From positions 1-42,530 of IMG/VR virus record IMGVR_UViG_3300048865_000013: a stretch of 42,530 nucleotides of DNA. One strand, given 5' to 3'. The stretch is from a virus (taxonomy: Duplodnaviria; Caudoviricetes). The translations under genes and the position numbers were made by a program. Positions 26,891 to 34,655 of the stretch are shown one piece after another. How positions within the stretch are numbered: position 1 is the stretch's first letter; each line of letters begins with the position of its first letter. The notes beneath the pieces are model-generated. The model ran no database searches, was not told where the DNA came from, and saw only the letters and a program-made list of their open reading frames with translations.

Positions 26891-26928
26891 AAAAAGCCCG
26901 CGAGGCGCTAACCTGGCGGGCTTCTTTT
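26891..26928. terminator. tR'-like (bidirectional) intrinsic terminator after the late promoter
   Basis: AAGCCCGC...GCGGGCTT stem flanked by A- and T-tracts. Confidence 0.7.
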
Positions 26929-26949
26929 CTCGGCGCGAGCGCCGCCCTT

Positions 26950-27378
26950 CTAGGCGGCGGTCTCGGCAATGGCCGGAATCAAATTGTTCCGGCGAGTATA
27001 GGCGAGTCGTTCGCGCAATGCAATAGCCTCTTCATCGAGGCGTTCCAGCTGCCGGCGAAGCGCTCGTTTGGCGCTCGCCATCTCCAGGTCGAAGACGCTG
27101 TGCGGGCGCTGCCGGATGCCGAGCTTCCGGCAAACGATCCACGGCGGCATGTTGGTGATGTAGGAGAGCTTGAGCAGTTGCTGATGGTGGATGATCAGCC
27201 GGCGCCAAGCCATCGTCACCAGCTCGGCGTCTCGCTCATCGACCACCACCACATCCGACGCGTGCGCGCCATTGGCGCAGATGTCCGCCAGCCGCGCCCA
27301 TGGGGCACAGTACCCCGGGCGGCCGCCGCCTACCCGATTCGCCTTCCCCCAGTTCTCCAGCCGCTCTTCCAGATTCAT
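26950..27378 (-). CDS. Probable late antiterminator Q-like protein
   Basis: LEERLENWG N-terminus, DAELV..AW..L, C-terminal HTH-like; last early gene before the late promoter. Confidence 0.7.
   Translation of the reverse strand: MNLEERLENWGKANRVGGGRPGYCAPWARLADICANGAHASDVVVVDERDAELVTMAWRRLIIHHQQLLKLSYITNMPPWIVCRKLGIRQRPHSVFDLEMASAKRALRRQLERLDEEAIALRERLAYTRRNNLIPAIAETAA
26995..27023 (-). promoter_or_regulatory. Late promoter pR'-like (TTGCAT-17-TATACT)
   Basis: Strong sigma70 match inside the 3' end of Q, followed by an AACAAT pause-like element and a terminator. Confidence 0.75.
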
Positions 27379-27419
27379 TGCTTTCCCCGTCCAGTCAAAC
27401 CCACACCTGCCTGCCACCT

Positions 27420-27548
27420 CTACAGCAGTCGCGAACAAACCCATCCAATCGCGAACGCGCCGGCGGCCACGAATACCTGCTGCACTCCAATTGCGTGGCA
27501 CACACCTGCCCATGCCACGCACACCGACACAACGATCACCAATCGCAT
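27420..27548 (-). CDS. Small hydrophobic hypothetical protein (42 aa)
   Basis: GGAG RBS; fills the gap in the coupled operon. Confidence 0.45.
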   Translation of the reverse strand: MRLVIVVSVCVAWAGVCHAIGVQQVFVAAGAFAIGWVCSRLL

Positions 27549-27796
27549 CGCTTCACTCCCTGCATCCACCGCATGTACGGCAGCCGGACGCGGACGTGGA
27601 AGTGCGCCTCCGCCTTCGGCACGCTGTCCAGCTCCGCCCGGCTGGTCACGTCGCACAACTTGCGTACCACCGCGGCCGCCGTCGACTCGCTGTAGACCGG
27701 CTCGCCCGTCCGGTGCATCAGGAAGTCCCAGAAGCCGGGCTCCCGACACCAGATGCCGGCCAGCTTCGCCAGCGCGCCGCCCTTGGCCGTCGTCAT
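27536..27796 (-). CDS. Hypothetical phage protein (LAGIWC..P.F...CDV.SRAELD family)
   Basis: ATGA-coupled; motif common in lambdoid nin regions. Confidence 0.7.
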   Translation of the reverse strand: MTTAKGGALAKLAGIWCREPGFWDFLMHRTGEPVYSESTAAAVVRKLCDVTSRAELDSVPKAEAHFHVRVRLPYMRWMQGVKRCDW

Positions 27797-28356
27797 GCCT
27801 GCGCACCCATGCCGAACAGCGCCTGGACAAGCGGATGCTGCTGCGCGAGCACGCCATGCTTCTTCAGCTTCCGTCGAATCGCGCACCGATCGATGATCGC
27901 CTTGTAGCGAAGCGGATCCTCCTCCCTCATCCGGCGCATCCGCTCCGCCTGGCGCTCCGACGGCGTGACCACCTTGGGCCTCTTGGCGTCCTTGCCTGGC
28001 ACCGGCAGCCACAGAGGGGTCGCTTGCCCGTGCGGGTTCGGGCGCCAACGCACCACATGGGCCAAGCCGTCTCCGTGGCGGTCCTTCAATAGCTTGTCGA
28101 TCGATACCCGGGAGGCGCCTGTGAGCTCGACCAATTCGTGCACGGTCCGGGCGCGCCCATCCTTGCAGATCTCCTCGATCAGTGGCCAGATGGTGGAGCG
28201 GTATCCCTTGTACGGCTTGGGGCCGAGGCCCATCTCTGCCGCCTTCATCTGCACCGCGTCCTTCGATCGCCCGAGCTGGTCGCCGATTTCCTTAAACGTC
28301 CTGGTGGGGCTATACAGCTCACGCAGCTTCGCCTCGTCTTCTGGCGTCCATCGCAT
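27793..28356 (-). CDS. DNA-binding protein (Myb/GcrA-like N-terminus plus wHTH)
   Basis: WTPEDE..L..LY...EIG..LGRS..AV..KA..MGL. Confidence 0.7.
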   Translation of the reverse strand: MRWTPEDEAKLRELYSPTRTFKEIGDQLGRSKDAVQMKAAEMGLGPKPYKGYRSTIWPLIEEICKDGRARTVHELVELTGASRVSIDKLLKDRHGDGLAHVVRWRPNPHGQATPLWLPVPGKDAKRPKVVTPSERQAERMRRMREEDPLRYKAIIDRCAIRRKLKKHGVLAQQHPLVQALFGMGAQA

Positions 28357-28358
28357 GG

Positions 28359-28604
28359 TCAGGCTTCCCCCACGTTGCGCCAGGATCCGGACATGAAGAC
28401 GATCCGGCCTGCCTTCCGCTCCTGCTGCAGCAGGCGGTCGGCCGCGCGGTAGGCGACGTCCACCTGCCCCGACATACCGGCCTCGTGAAGCGCCTCGACG
28501 ATGACGCCCATGACGTTGGTCGCCGTGAAGCGACTGCGGCGCGCCATGTAACGCCTGGCCTTGTCCAAGGCCTCCACCGGAACCACCACGCCGTCGACCT
28601 TCAC
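28359..28604 (-). CDS. Hypothetical protein
   Basis: Coupled ORF with YRAADRLLQ.ERKAG.I motif. Confidence 0.65.
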   Translation of the reverse strand: MKVDGVVVPVEALDKARRYMARRSRFTATNVMGVIVEALHEAGMSGQVDVAYRAADRLLQQERKAGRIVFMSGSWRNVGEA

Positions 28605-28855
28605 GATGCCACCTTCGGGACGTCGCCCACCCGACGATCGACGACGATCTCACAGGTCGCTTCGCGGTACATGCCGGTGCTGGTGTCCTGAATGGAGATG
28701 TGAACGTTCTTGACCTGCACGCGCTTGTCGTCGAGGCGAAGCCCAGCCGCCTTGGCAACGGCCTCCGCGATGACCTTGTGCAGCTGGTTCTGGTCAAGTC
28801 GGGCGCGGTAGCGCTCCTCGTTCACCTCCGACCGCCCCACTTCGATGTCCTTCAC
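28601..28855 (-). CDS. Hypothetical protein
   Basis: GTGA-coupled ORF with GGAGG RBS. Confidence 0.65.
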   Translation of the reverse strand: MKDIEVGRSEVNEERYRARLDQNQLHKVIAEAVAKAAGLRLDDKRVQVKNVHISIQDTSTGMYREATCEIVVDRRVGDVPKVAS

Positions 28856-29385
28856 TTGACCTCCTTGATCTCGATCCCCATCACCGCCATGAGATGCCGC
28901 TTGATCCGGTATCCCTCGGTGATCTTCCCTTTCACGTCTTCGGTGATCTCCCGCCCTTCGCCGTCCCGATAGACGAAATCCGCGACGTACCGCAGCGCCG
29001 GGCGCTTCCGCCCCTGGATCACCACCCCTGGCGCCAACTCGAACACCACCTGCCGCCGCAATCCGCTGATCAGCCCCGCCCGCTCCATCTGGGCCAGATG
29101 GAGGTACCGCTCCATCTCCCGGCGGCTGTCGAACTTCATGCCATTCAGCGATACACGGGTGTTTCGATATTTGCTCTGCCCTTTCGCCGAAGCTCCCGAA
29201 TGGTTTTGGCCAGCCGCTGCGCCTCCACCAAACCCCGGGCCTTCTCCACTGCCTTCAGCTGCTCGGTCACCTTCCAGTCCGGCAGCACCGCCAGCCGCCT
29301 TGCTTCGCACTCGTGCCGATACTCTTCGTCCGTTCGCATTTCCGTACTTGCCCCACAAACCCATCAGATGGTCTCCATCACGCAT
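28852..29385 (-). CDS. DUF1064 family putative endonuclease (start uncertain)
   Basis: SKY.N......G.KFDS..E..RY, Q..FEL, YVADF.Y, EDVKG, Y.IK. Confidence 0.85.
   Translation of the reverse strand: MRDGDHLMGLWGKYGNANGRRVSARVRSKAAGGAAGLEGDRAAEGSGEGPGFGGGAAAGQNHSGASAKGQSKYRNTRVSLNGMKFDSRREMERYLHLAQMERAGLISGLRRQVVFELAPGVVIQGRKRPALRYVADFVYRDGEGREITEDVKGKITEGYRIKRHLMAVMGIEIKEVK
29145..29339 (-). CDS. Small hypothetical protein overlapping the DUF1064 N-terminus
   Basis: [10 protein letters not shown]...VEKARG..EA.RL pattern; better coding appearance than the overlapping frame. Confidence 0.55.
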   Translation of the reverse strand: MRTDEEYRHECEARRLAVLPDWKVTEQLKAVEKARGLVEAQRLAKTIRELRRKGRANIETPVYR

Positions 29386-30545
29386 TGCACCCAGGCAGTC
29401 GCCGCTTCCGCGTTGATCGCGTTGCCGTAGGCGCGCAGTCGTCCGACCCGGCTGCCTTGGTCTTTGCGCGGGCGAAGCGCGGCGAGGCGTTCTTGATCGG
29501 CGCGCACTCGTCCCAGGCCACCGGGAGCCCCATCAACCAGCGGGAATGTGCCGGGTTCAACTGGCCGCCACTTTCCATCCCGGCAGAGGAGCCAGTCAGC
29601 AGCTCTCCAGAAGCCGTTAGTCGGGCCGGTTGATCGGTCCGGCACACGTCCACCGTCTTGCGACTGCTGTCGTTGTTCCCCGCGGCGTTGTTGCCGTTCT
29701 GCGCTGGCGTGCCCGCCATTGGTGTCGGCCAGCCAGCCAAGTGCACCGCCACGTCCGCCAACCCGATCTGCGGATCGGTCGGCTTGCGGCCATTCGTGAT
29801 CGGCGGCCGGGGCTTCGCGTCCACGATTGACGCGCTCGGCGTCGGCCAGCCCGACAGCCAGTGATGCGTCGCGGCGTCCAACCTCATTCCCTTCTTGCCG
29901 CCGCCCCGCTCCGAATACGGTTTCGACGGCGCACCCTTGAAGTCGGTCGATGTGGGCGTCGGCCACGCCGCGAGCGGCGCGGTGCGGGGCAGATCCCGCG
30001 GATTCTTTCCGTCGCCCGCGCTGTTGCGCCAGTCCCGGGCCAGCGGCGTGGGCCACCCAGTAGAGTCGGTCTCGGATGTGCGGCGCACCGACGCCCGCAG
30101 ACGGAAACGGGACCGCCCCGACGGCGTAATCCAAGGCTTCCAGGTCATCGCATACAAGGTCGATCCAAGGATCTGCGTCCTTGCTCGCAACCTGCTCTCC
30201 AAGGACCGTTGCAGGGCGGCACTCGCGGATGAGGTGGTGCCAGTGCGGCCAGAGGTGCCGCTCGTCAGCAAACCCAAGTCCTGCGCCTGCCGCGGAGAAA
30301 GGTTGGCAAGGACAGGAACCGGTCCAAACAGGTCGATCGTCGCTCCAACCGGCACGCCGGAGCGCATAGGACCAGACTCCCACGCCGGCGAAGAAGTGGC
30401 ACTGTGTGTATCCGCGAAGGTCGCTTGGTCGAACATCCCGAATGTCTCTCGTGTCAACGTCCCCCGGCGCGATGTGGCCGGCGGCGATCAGGTTGCGCAG
30501 CCACTGGGCCGCGTATGGGTCGATCTCGTTGTAGTAGGCCGTCAT
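29364..30545 (-). CDS. C5-cytosine DNA methyltransferase, catalytic (alpha) chain
   Basis: FFAGVG (I), GSCPCQPFS (IV), GEQV (VI), PHIRDRLY (VIII), LRAYGNAI (X). Confidence 0.9.
   Translation of the reverse strand: MTAYYNEIDPYAAQWLRNLIAAGHIAPGDVDTRDIRDVRPSDLRGYTQCHFFAGVGVWSYALRRAGWSDDRPVWTGSCPCQPFSAAGAGLGFADERHLWPHWHHLIRECRPATVLGEQVASKDADPWIDLVCDDLEALDYAVGAVPFPSAGVGAPHIRDRLYWVAHAAGPGLAQQRGRRKESAGSAPHRAARGVADAHIDRLQGCAVETVFGAGRRQEGNEVGRRDASLAVGLADAERVNRGREAPAADHEWPQADRSADRVGGRGGALGWLADTNGGHASAERQQRRGEQRQQSQDGGRVPDRSTGPTNGFWRAADWLLCRDGKWRPVEPGTFPLVDGAPGGLGRVRADQERLAALRPRKDQGSRVGRLRAYGNAINAEAATAWVQCVMETI
29378..30457 (-). CDS. Alternate-frame methyltransferase beta chain with four WPTP repeats
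   Basis: 359-aa open frame nested in the MTase; four WPTP units and a motif IX-like [14 protein letters not shown]; true start uncertain. Confidence 0.7.
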   Translation of the reverse strand: MTRETFGMFDQATFADTHSATSSPAWESGPMRSGVPVGATIDLFGPVPVLANLSPRQAQDLGLLTSGTSGRTGTTSSASAALQRSLESRLRARTQILGSTLYAMTWKPWITPSGRSRFRLRASVRRTSETDSTGWPTPLARDWRNSAGDGKNPRDLPRTAPLAAWPTPTSTDFKGAPSKPYSERGGGKKGMRLDAATHHWLSGWPTPSASIVDAKPRPPITNGRKPTDPQIGLADVAVHLAGWPTPMAGTPAQNGNNAAGNNDSSRKTVDVCRTDQPARLTASGELLTGSSAGMESGGQLNPAHSRWLMGLPVAWDECAPIKNASPRFARAKTKAAGSDDCAPTATRSTRKRRLPGCNA

Positions 30546-31510
30546 GCCGCTTGGTCGACCGGCGGCGCGCCGTAGAAGTATTCGTGGACGCCCGCATGGA
30601 GCGTGTTCTTCGTCCGCAGCAGGTCGGCCAGCAGGTCACGGCGCCATACGCCCTCGCCCGCCCGCTTCAGGACCCGCACCTTGAACCGGAAGAAGTCCTC
30701 GCCGGCCTTGTGCTGGACGCCGAGCTCCGCCGCCTTCGCCTCGATGCCTGAGGCCGACTTCCACCACTCCGCCGCGGCGGCGATCGACACGGCCCCGGCC
30801 TCGCTGGCAGCCTTCACCGGCGGCTGGTCGGTCCAGCGCTTGCCGTTCAGCCAGGTCGCCGGCAGCGGGATGAACTTGCCGCCTTCCTCGCGCCACAAGT
30901 CCCACTGCGACTGCGCCGCGATGGCCGCCAGCAGCTCGTCGAGCATCGCCTCGTCGGCGTTCAGCTTCCGGAATGCCCGCTCGGCGTCCACCTTCGCTGC
31001 CTTCCGGGGATAGGCCTGCCAGAACCGATCGAACAGGACTTGGGATTTCTTCGCCTCGGCGCGCGCGCCCTGACGGTTCCCTTTCGGTTCTACTGGTGGT
31101 TCTTTACGGTTAGGGTGCATCTCCTGCGGGGGTCCCCCGCATATGCTGCGGGGGTGGGGTGCATCTCCTGCGGGGGTGGGGTGCACATCCTGCGGGGGTG
31201 CACTTCCTTCGGGGGTGCACGCCGTGCGGGGGTGCATTTCCTGCGGGGGTGAATATGCTGCGGGGGTGATGGTGTAGCTGGTGCTACGGCCCGTTGGCCG
31301 CGTCGTCTTGAGCGCGCCGGCAGCCTCCAGCCACTTGATGGCGTTCTGCACCGCCCGCTCCGACGCGCAAACCCGCTTCGCGATGGTGGCGATCGAGGGC
31401 CAGCAAACCCCTTGGTCGTTGGCGTTGTCCGCCAGGGAGATCAGCACCGCCTTCTGGGCAATGCTCATCCCTTCCAGCGGCCAGCACTGGGACATGATGA
31501 TGGTGCTCAT
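30542..31510 (-). CDS. Replication initiator (HTH_36-type N-terminus)
   Basis: K.VL..LAD.AND.G.CWPS..TIA, FD.FW.AYPRK, FIP.PATWLNG.RW.D; internal iterons. Confidence 0.9.
   Translation of the reverse strand: MSTIIMSQCWPLEGMSIAQKAVLISLADNANDQGVCWPSIATIAKRVCASERAVQNAIKWLEAAGALKTTRPTGRSTSYTITPAAYSPPQEMHPRTACTPEGSAPPQDVHPTPAGDAPHPRSICGGPPQEMHPNRKEPPVEPKGNRQGARAEAKKSQVLFDRFWQAYPRKAAKVDAERAFRKLNADEAMLDELLAAIAAQSQWDLWREEGGKFIPLPATWLNGKRWTDQPPVKAASEAGAVSIAAAAEWWKSASGIEAKAAELGVQHKAGEDFFRFKVRVLKRAGEGVWRRDLLADLLRTKNTLHAGVHEYFYGAPPVDQAA
31113..31270. repeat. Iteron array / replication origin (about 8 copies of GGGTGCAnnnnCTGCGG-like ~17-mers)
   Basis: Tandem degenerate direct repeats in the middle of the initiator gene, as for lambda ori in O. 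Confidence 0.85.
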
Positions 31511-31582
31511 GCCGTGACTCCGGTCCAGGCAACGACGGCTGCCATGCTACGATTTCGAGCTTCTTGGTTCGGAGACATCGAC

Positions 31583-31804
31583 GTGAAGCAGAACCCCATG
31601 ACCAGCCACTCCTGGACGGAAATCGAGGATGCGATAAACAAGGCCCTGAGCGAGCTTAGTGGGCTCGAGGTGACGGTGAAAATCACGTCCTGCTCTTTGC
31701 AAGAAGAACCGATGCGCGCCCTTACCGGACGCCTAGACAAGGCGAACGTAGCTCTGACGCTGTCGGCATGCGATCCATTGCATTCGCCTGATCTGGGGTT
31801 CTGA
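31583..31804 (+). CDS. Counter-oriented small hypothetical protein (73 aa)
   Basis: GGAG RBS and GTG start; helix-strand pattern WTEIEDAINKALSELSG.EVTVKI. Confidence 0.55.
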   Translation: MKQNPMTSHSWTEIEDAINKALSELSGLEVTVKITSCSLQEEPMRALTGRLDKANVALTLSACDPLHSPDLGF

Positions 31805-31838
31805 TAAGGGGTAGCGGGCGGAGGAGGTTCGATCGGCT

Positions 31839-32135
31839 TCATGCGGCCACCCTCAGCAGACCCTTCTCGAACAGAAGGCCCACCGTCCGGCGGTGCGCCT
31901 CCTCCCATGCCGCTTCACGCTCCGCCCGGGTCATCTTCGATCCTTGGTCGATCTCGGCGTGGCACCGGAAGCAGAGCGCCGCGATGCGGTAGTCGTGCGC
32001 CTTGATGCCACGGCCCTTGCCGTCCCGCAGCTGGTTGGAGTGGGCCGCCACCACGGTTCCATCCTCGCGGCCGCACATCTGGCAAGGGAACGCGCGCACC
32101 GCCTCGAGCAGGCGCTGGTTTCGGTAGACCGCCAT
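31839..32135 (-). CDS. DUF1364/Ref-like Zn-binding nuclease-domain protein
   Basis: PCQ.CG, VVAAHSN...GKG.G.KA.D...A.LC..CH..ID. Confidence 0.82.
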   Translation of the reverse strand: MAVYRNQRLLEAVRAFPCQMCGREDGTVVAAHSNQLRDGKGRGIKAHDYRIAALCFRCHAEIDQGSKMTRAEREAAWEEAHRRTVGLLFEKGLLRVAA

Positions 32136-32428
32136 CAGAACAGGCTCCTCTGCGGGCTCGGCCGGCACACCGGGCGGATCGTCCGGCCGGTCACCTTGCA
32201 TGGGCGGCTCGGCCCCTGCTCCAGCTCACCCTTCTTGCGCAGCTCGTTGACGCGGCCGCTGACCGTGTTGATCGCCAGGCCGCTCGCCTGGGCAATCTCC
32301 TGCAGCGAGTAGTCCCGCGGCCAAGCGCCGATCACGCCCATGATTTCCTGCTGGACGCGGCCCAGTTCCCCGGTGGTCTTCATCCGCTGGTAGTTGCGGA
32401 TGCTGGTGTGCGTAACGGCGGTTTGCAT
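32135..32428 (-). CDS. Winged-HTH protein
   Basis: EIAQASGL.INTVSGRVNEL, R.C.VTG. Confidence 0.75.
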   Translation of the reverse strand: MQTAVTHTSIRNYQRMKTTGELGRVQQEIMGVIGAWPRDYSLQEIAQASGLAINTVSGRVNELRKKGELEQGPSRPCKVTGRTIRPVCRPSPQRSLF

Positions 32429-32437
32429 GCGTTCCCC

Positions 32438-32608
32438 CTACGCGGCCTTTGCGGCCTTGTATTGCTCGGTCTTGAAGCCGGACAGCCATTCGAGATAGGC
32501 GTCGGTGCCCGGCGGCCAATGCGGGTTGTCGTGCTCGCTCTTGCCACGGCGGAAGGCCTCGGCGCCCTGCTCCCGCACCTGCTCCCGGGTCATCAGCTCG
32601 TGGATCAT
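32438..32608 (-). CDS. Rmf/CrpP-like small protein (56 aa)
   Basis: MIHELMTREQVREQGAEAFRRGKSEHDNPHWPPGTDAYLEWLSGF...; coupled to its upstream gene; not in the ORF track. Confidence 0.6.
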   Translation of the reverse strand: MIHELMTREQVREQGAEAFRRGKSEHDNPHWPPGTDAYLEWLSGFKTEQYKAAKAA

Positions 32609-32799
32609 CGGCCCAGCTCCGGCACCGCCAGCGCCGCGATGCGCTCGGTCAGCGGGACCATGCGGTCCTGGATGTCGCTGCCGTCGTCCAGGTAGACGAA
32701 CAGGTAAGCGCTCGTCTTGGCGACGTAGCGGGCGAACTTGGCGCGCTTGCCGCTCGGCAGGCGGTAGACGAGCCCTTCGGTCAGGTGGCGCAGGTTCAT
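32605..32799 (-). CDS. Hypothetical protein
   Basis: ATGA-coupled 64-aa ORF. Confidence 0.65.
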   Translation of the reverse strand: MNLRHLTEGLVYRLPSGKRAKFARYVAKTSAYLFVYLDDGSDIQDRMVPLTERIAALAVPELGR

Positions 32800-33374
32800 G
32801 CCACCACCCGCAGGCTGCTGTTCAGTTGCGCGGAGACGTCCTCGCGCGCCTTCTGGAGCGTGCGCTCCGCCTCGGCCAGCTCGCGCTCGGCGCGCTGCAG
32901 CTCGGGCAGCGTCGCGCCGTCGATCAGGTTCGCCACCGCCGCCTGCGCCTCTGCCACTTCCATGGCGATGGACACCAGGTGTTTCGTTGCACTCTGCGTC
33001 TGGTGGGTATCCCCGTCCAGGCGGCGCACCGTCAAACCCAGCGGCGCGAGGATGTTGTTGACCAGGGTGATGCGGTCCTCCACCGGCAGGCCGGCCAGGA
33101 TGGACGGGAGGAAGTTCGCCGGCAGAAGGTTCGTGTCCTTCGTGTCGTCGTCCAGCCAGCGGAAGATCCGGTCCGCGTTGACCTTCGCGCGCTCGAAGGT
33201 GTCCGTGGTCTTGGGCTCGAAGCGGATCCCGGTGGTGCCGATCCCGCCGATGCGCTCGTGCGCTTCAACGATGACGTCGGCCACCGCCTCTCGGCTCCAT
33301 CCCAATGCCTTGCGGCACGCGTTCACGTGCTCGCGCACCAGGCCAATCAGTGTTTTCTGCGATCCGTTTCGCAT
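32796..33374 (-). CDS. YdaT-like / CII-equivalent regulator
   Basis: cII position; N.DRIFRWLDD, LP..IL..LP, C-terminal coiled coil; GAGG RBS. Confidence 0.7.
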   Translation of the reverse strand: MRNGSQKTLIGLVREHVNACRKALGWSREAVADVIVEAHERIGGIGTTGIRFEPKTTDTFERAKVNADRIFRWLDDDTKDTNLLPANFLPSILAGLPVEDRITLVNNILAPLGLTVRRLDGDTHQTQSATKHLVSIAMEVAEAQAAVANLIDGATLPELQRAERELAEAERTLQKAREDVSAQLNSSLRVVA

Positions 33375-33514
33375 GCCTCTTTCCCCGTTGCCTTCTAGAC
33401 TCGCCTCACAACAACAAACGAGCCGCCCCATGAATTCCCGCGCCCAGACCTGCAGACGCCTCTGCAGCAAAACAGCAGGCACATCTGCATGCGACCGATG
33501 ACACACTCGGGCGC

Positions 33515-33850
33515 ATGCAGACCTACAGTGATCGACTGCGCTGGGCTATGGCCCAAGCAAACCCGCCGATGTCTCAAGCCGCCCTTGCCTCCCGCATCGG
33601 CGTGCGCCACCAGTCCATCAACTACCTCTGCAACCCGAAGCGGAATCCAAAGTCCAGCCGCCACACCTATGCGATCGCTACGGTTCTCGGCGTGTCGCCG
33701 GAGTGGTTGGCCACCGGCATCGGATCGCCACGCCGCACCGCTAGGACAAGCGCAGATCCATTCCTCTTGCTGCTCGACTGCTTGCTTTGTCTGCAGACGA
33801 TCAAGGACCGACTCGAGCAAGCGGCCGAGCTCATGCGCCGGGATCGCTAA
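33515..33850 (+). CDS. Extra XRE-family HTH regulator between cro and cII
   Basis: DRL..AM......SQA.LA..IGV....I, IA..LGVSPEWLATG.G. Confidence 0.85.
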   Translation: MQTYSDRLRWAMAQANPPMSQAALASRIGVRHQSINYLCNPKRNPKSSRHTYAIATVLGVSPEWLATGIGSPRRTARTSADPFLLLLDCLLCLQTIKDRLEQAAELMRRDR

Positions 33851-34080
33851 ACTCGGTCCGCGTCCAACTCAGGCCAAACGGTCCGCCAATCTCTCGGGCG
33901 CAGATCCTTTCGCGTTACCGCCCCGCCCGTCGCGCGCTCAACTGCCGCGCACCGTTCAGCCGGCACCGGGCGCAGTCCCATCCGCCACTGGTAGACCATC
34001 GCCGGACTCACGCCGACGACGCGCGCGATCTGGGCCGCTTTCTTGGCGCCATCGCTGGCGAGGTATTCGTTGAGGTTCAT
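33847..34080 (-). CDS. cro: Cro/YdaS-like repressor
   Basis: IA..VGVSP.MV.QW..G.RPVP.ERC..VE.ATGG.VTR.DLRP. Confidence 0.9.
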   Translation of the reverse strand: MNLNEYLASDGAKKAAQIARVVGVSPAMVYQWRMGLRPVPAERCAAVERATGGAVTRKDLRPRDWRTVWPELDADRV

Positions 34081-34086
34081 AGCGCA

Positions 34087-34150
34087 ACTATAGCGTTGCT
34101 ACAGATAAAACACAAGCCATGCTACAGCGCATGGCCGATAGCATTGCTAC
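34087..34150. promoter_or_regulatory. OR region: three TAGC-N3-GCTA operators with divergent PR (TTGTGT-17-TATAGT) and PRM
   Basis: Operators at 34091-34101, 34114-34124 and 34139-34149; the same motif recurs at OL. Confidence 0.8.
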
Positions 34151-34636
34151 ATGAGAATCTGGTCACAAGAAGAAGAGGCGCGGCATTTGCGGGATCGGTT
34201 TGCGAACGTCAACCGAGCGGAGTTCGCGCGCCAGCACGGAATCAAAGGGGGTCAGGCCAGCATCTACCAGCACATCAATGGCATCCGCCCGATCAGCCTA
34301 GACGCCGCGAAGGCGTACGCGCGAGGGTTCGGGGTGCCGCTGGAAGAAATTAGTCCCCGCCTCGCCAAGGAGGTATCGGAGGCGTCCGCCTACGCCGGGC
34401 CAGCTGCAACAGCAAACCCAGCACCAGAACGAGAGACGTGGCCGTTCTCCGCACCCTTCACCGACTACCAAGCCCTTTCGCCGAAGGACAAGTCCGTGCT
34501 CGACCAGACTGTTTCGAGGTTCGTGGCCGGCTGCTTGTCTCAGCGCGAGCGCCCTCAGGCAGAACAGACTTTCGAGATGTCGCACCACAAAAGCGACACC
34601 GAACAGCAGACCGTCCGTCGACGGCGATCGAAGTAG
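34151..34636 (+). CDS. cI: CI-like repressor lacking an S24 autoprotease domain
   Basis: HTH (AEFA...GI.GGQ.SI.Q..NG.RPIS, EISPRLA); divergent from cro; no GDSM/KR peptidase motifs. Confidence 0.8.
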   Translation: MRIWSQEEEARHLRDRFANVNRAEFARQHGIKGGQASIYQHINGIRPISLDAAKAYARGFGVPLEEISPRLAKEVSEASAYAGPAATANPAPERETWPFSAPFTDYQALSPKDKSVLDQTVSRFVAGCLSQRERPQAEQTFEMSHHKSDTEQQTVRRRRSK

Positions 34637-34655
34637 AACCTTTCGGGAGAAGGAA

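Noticed and set aside
31113-31270. Regular short repeats resembling a CRISPR array or VNTR
   Set aside because: No unique spacers or cas genes; located inside the initiator gene, as expected for iterons.
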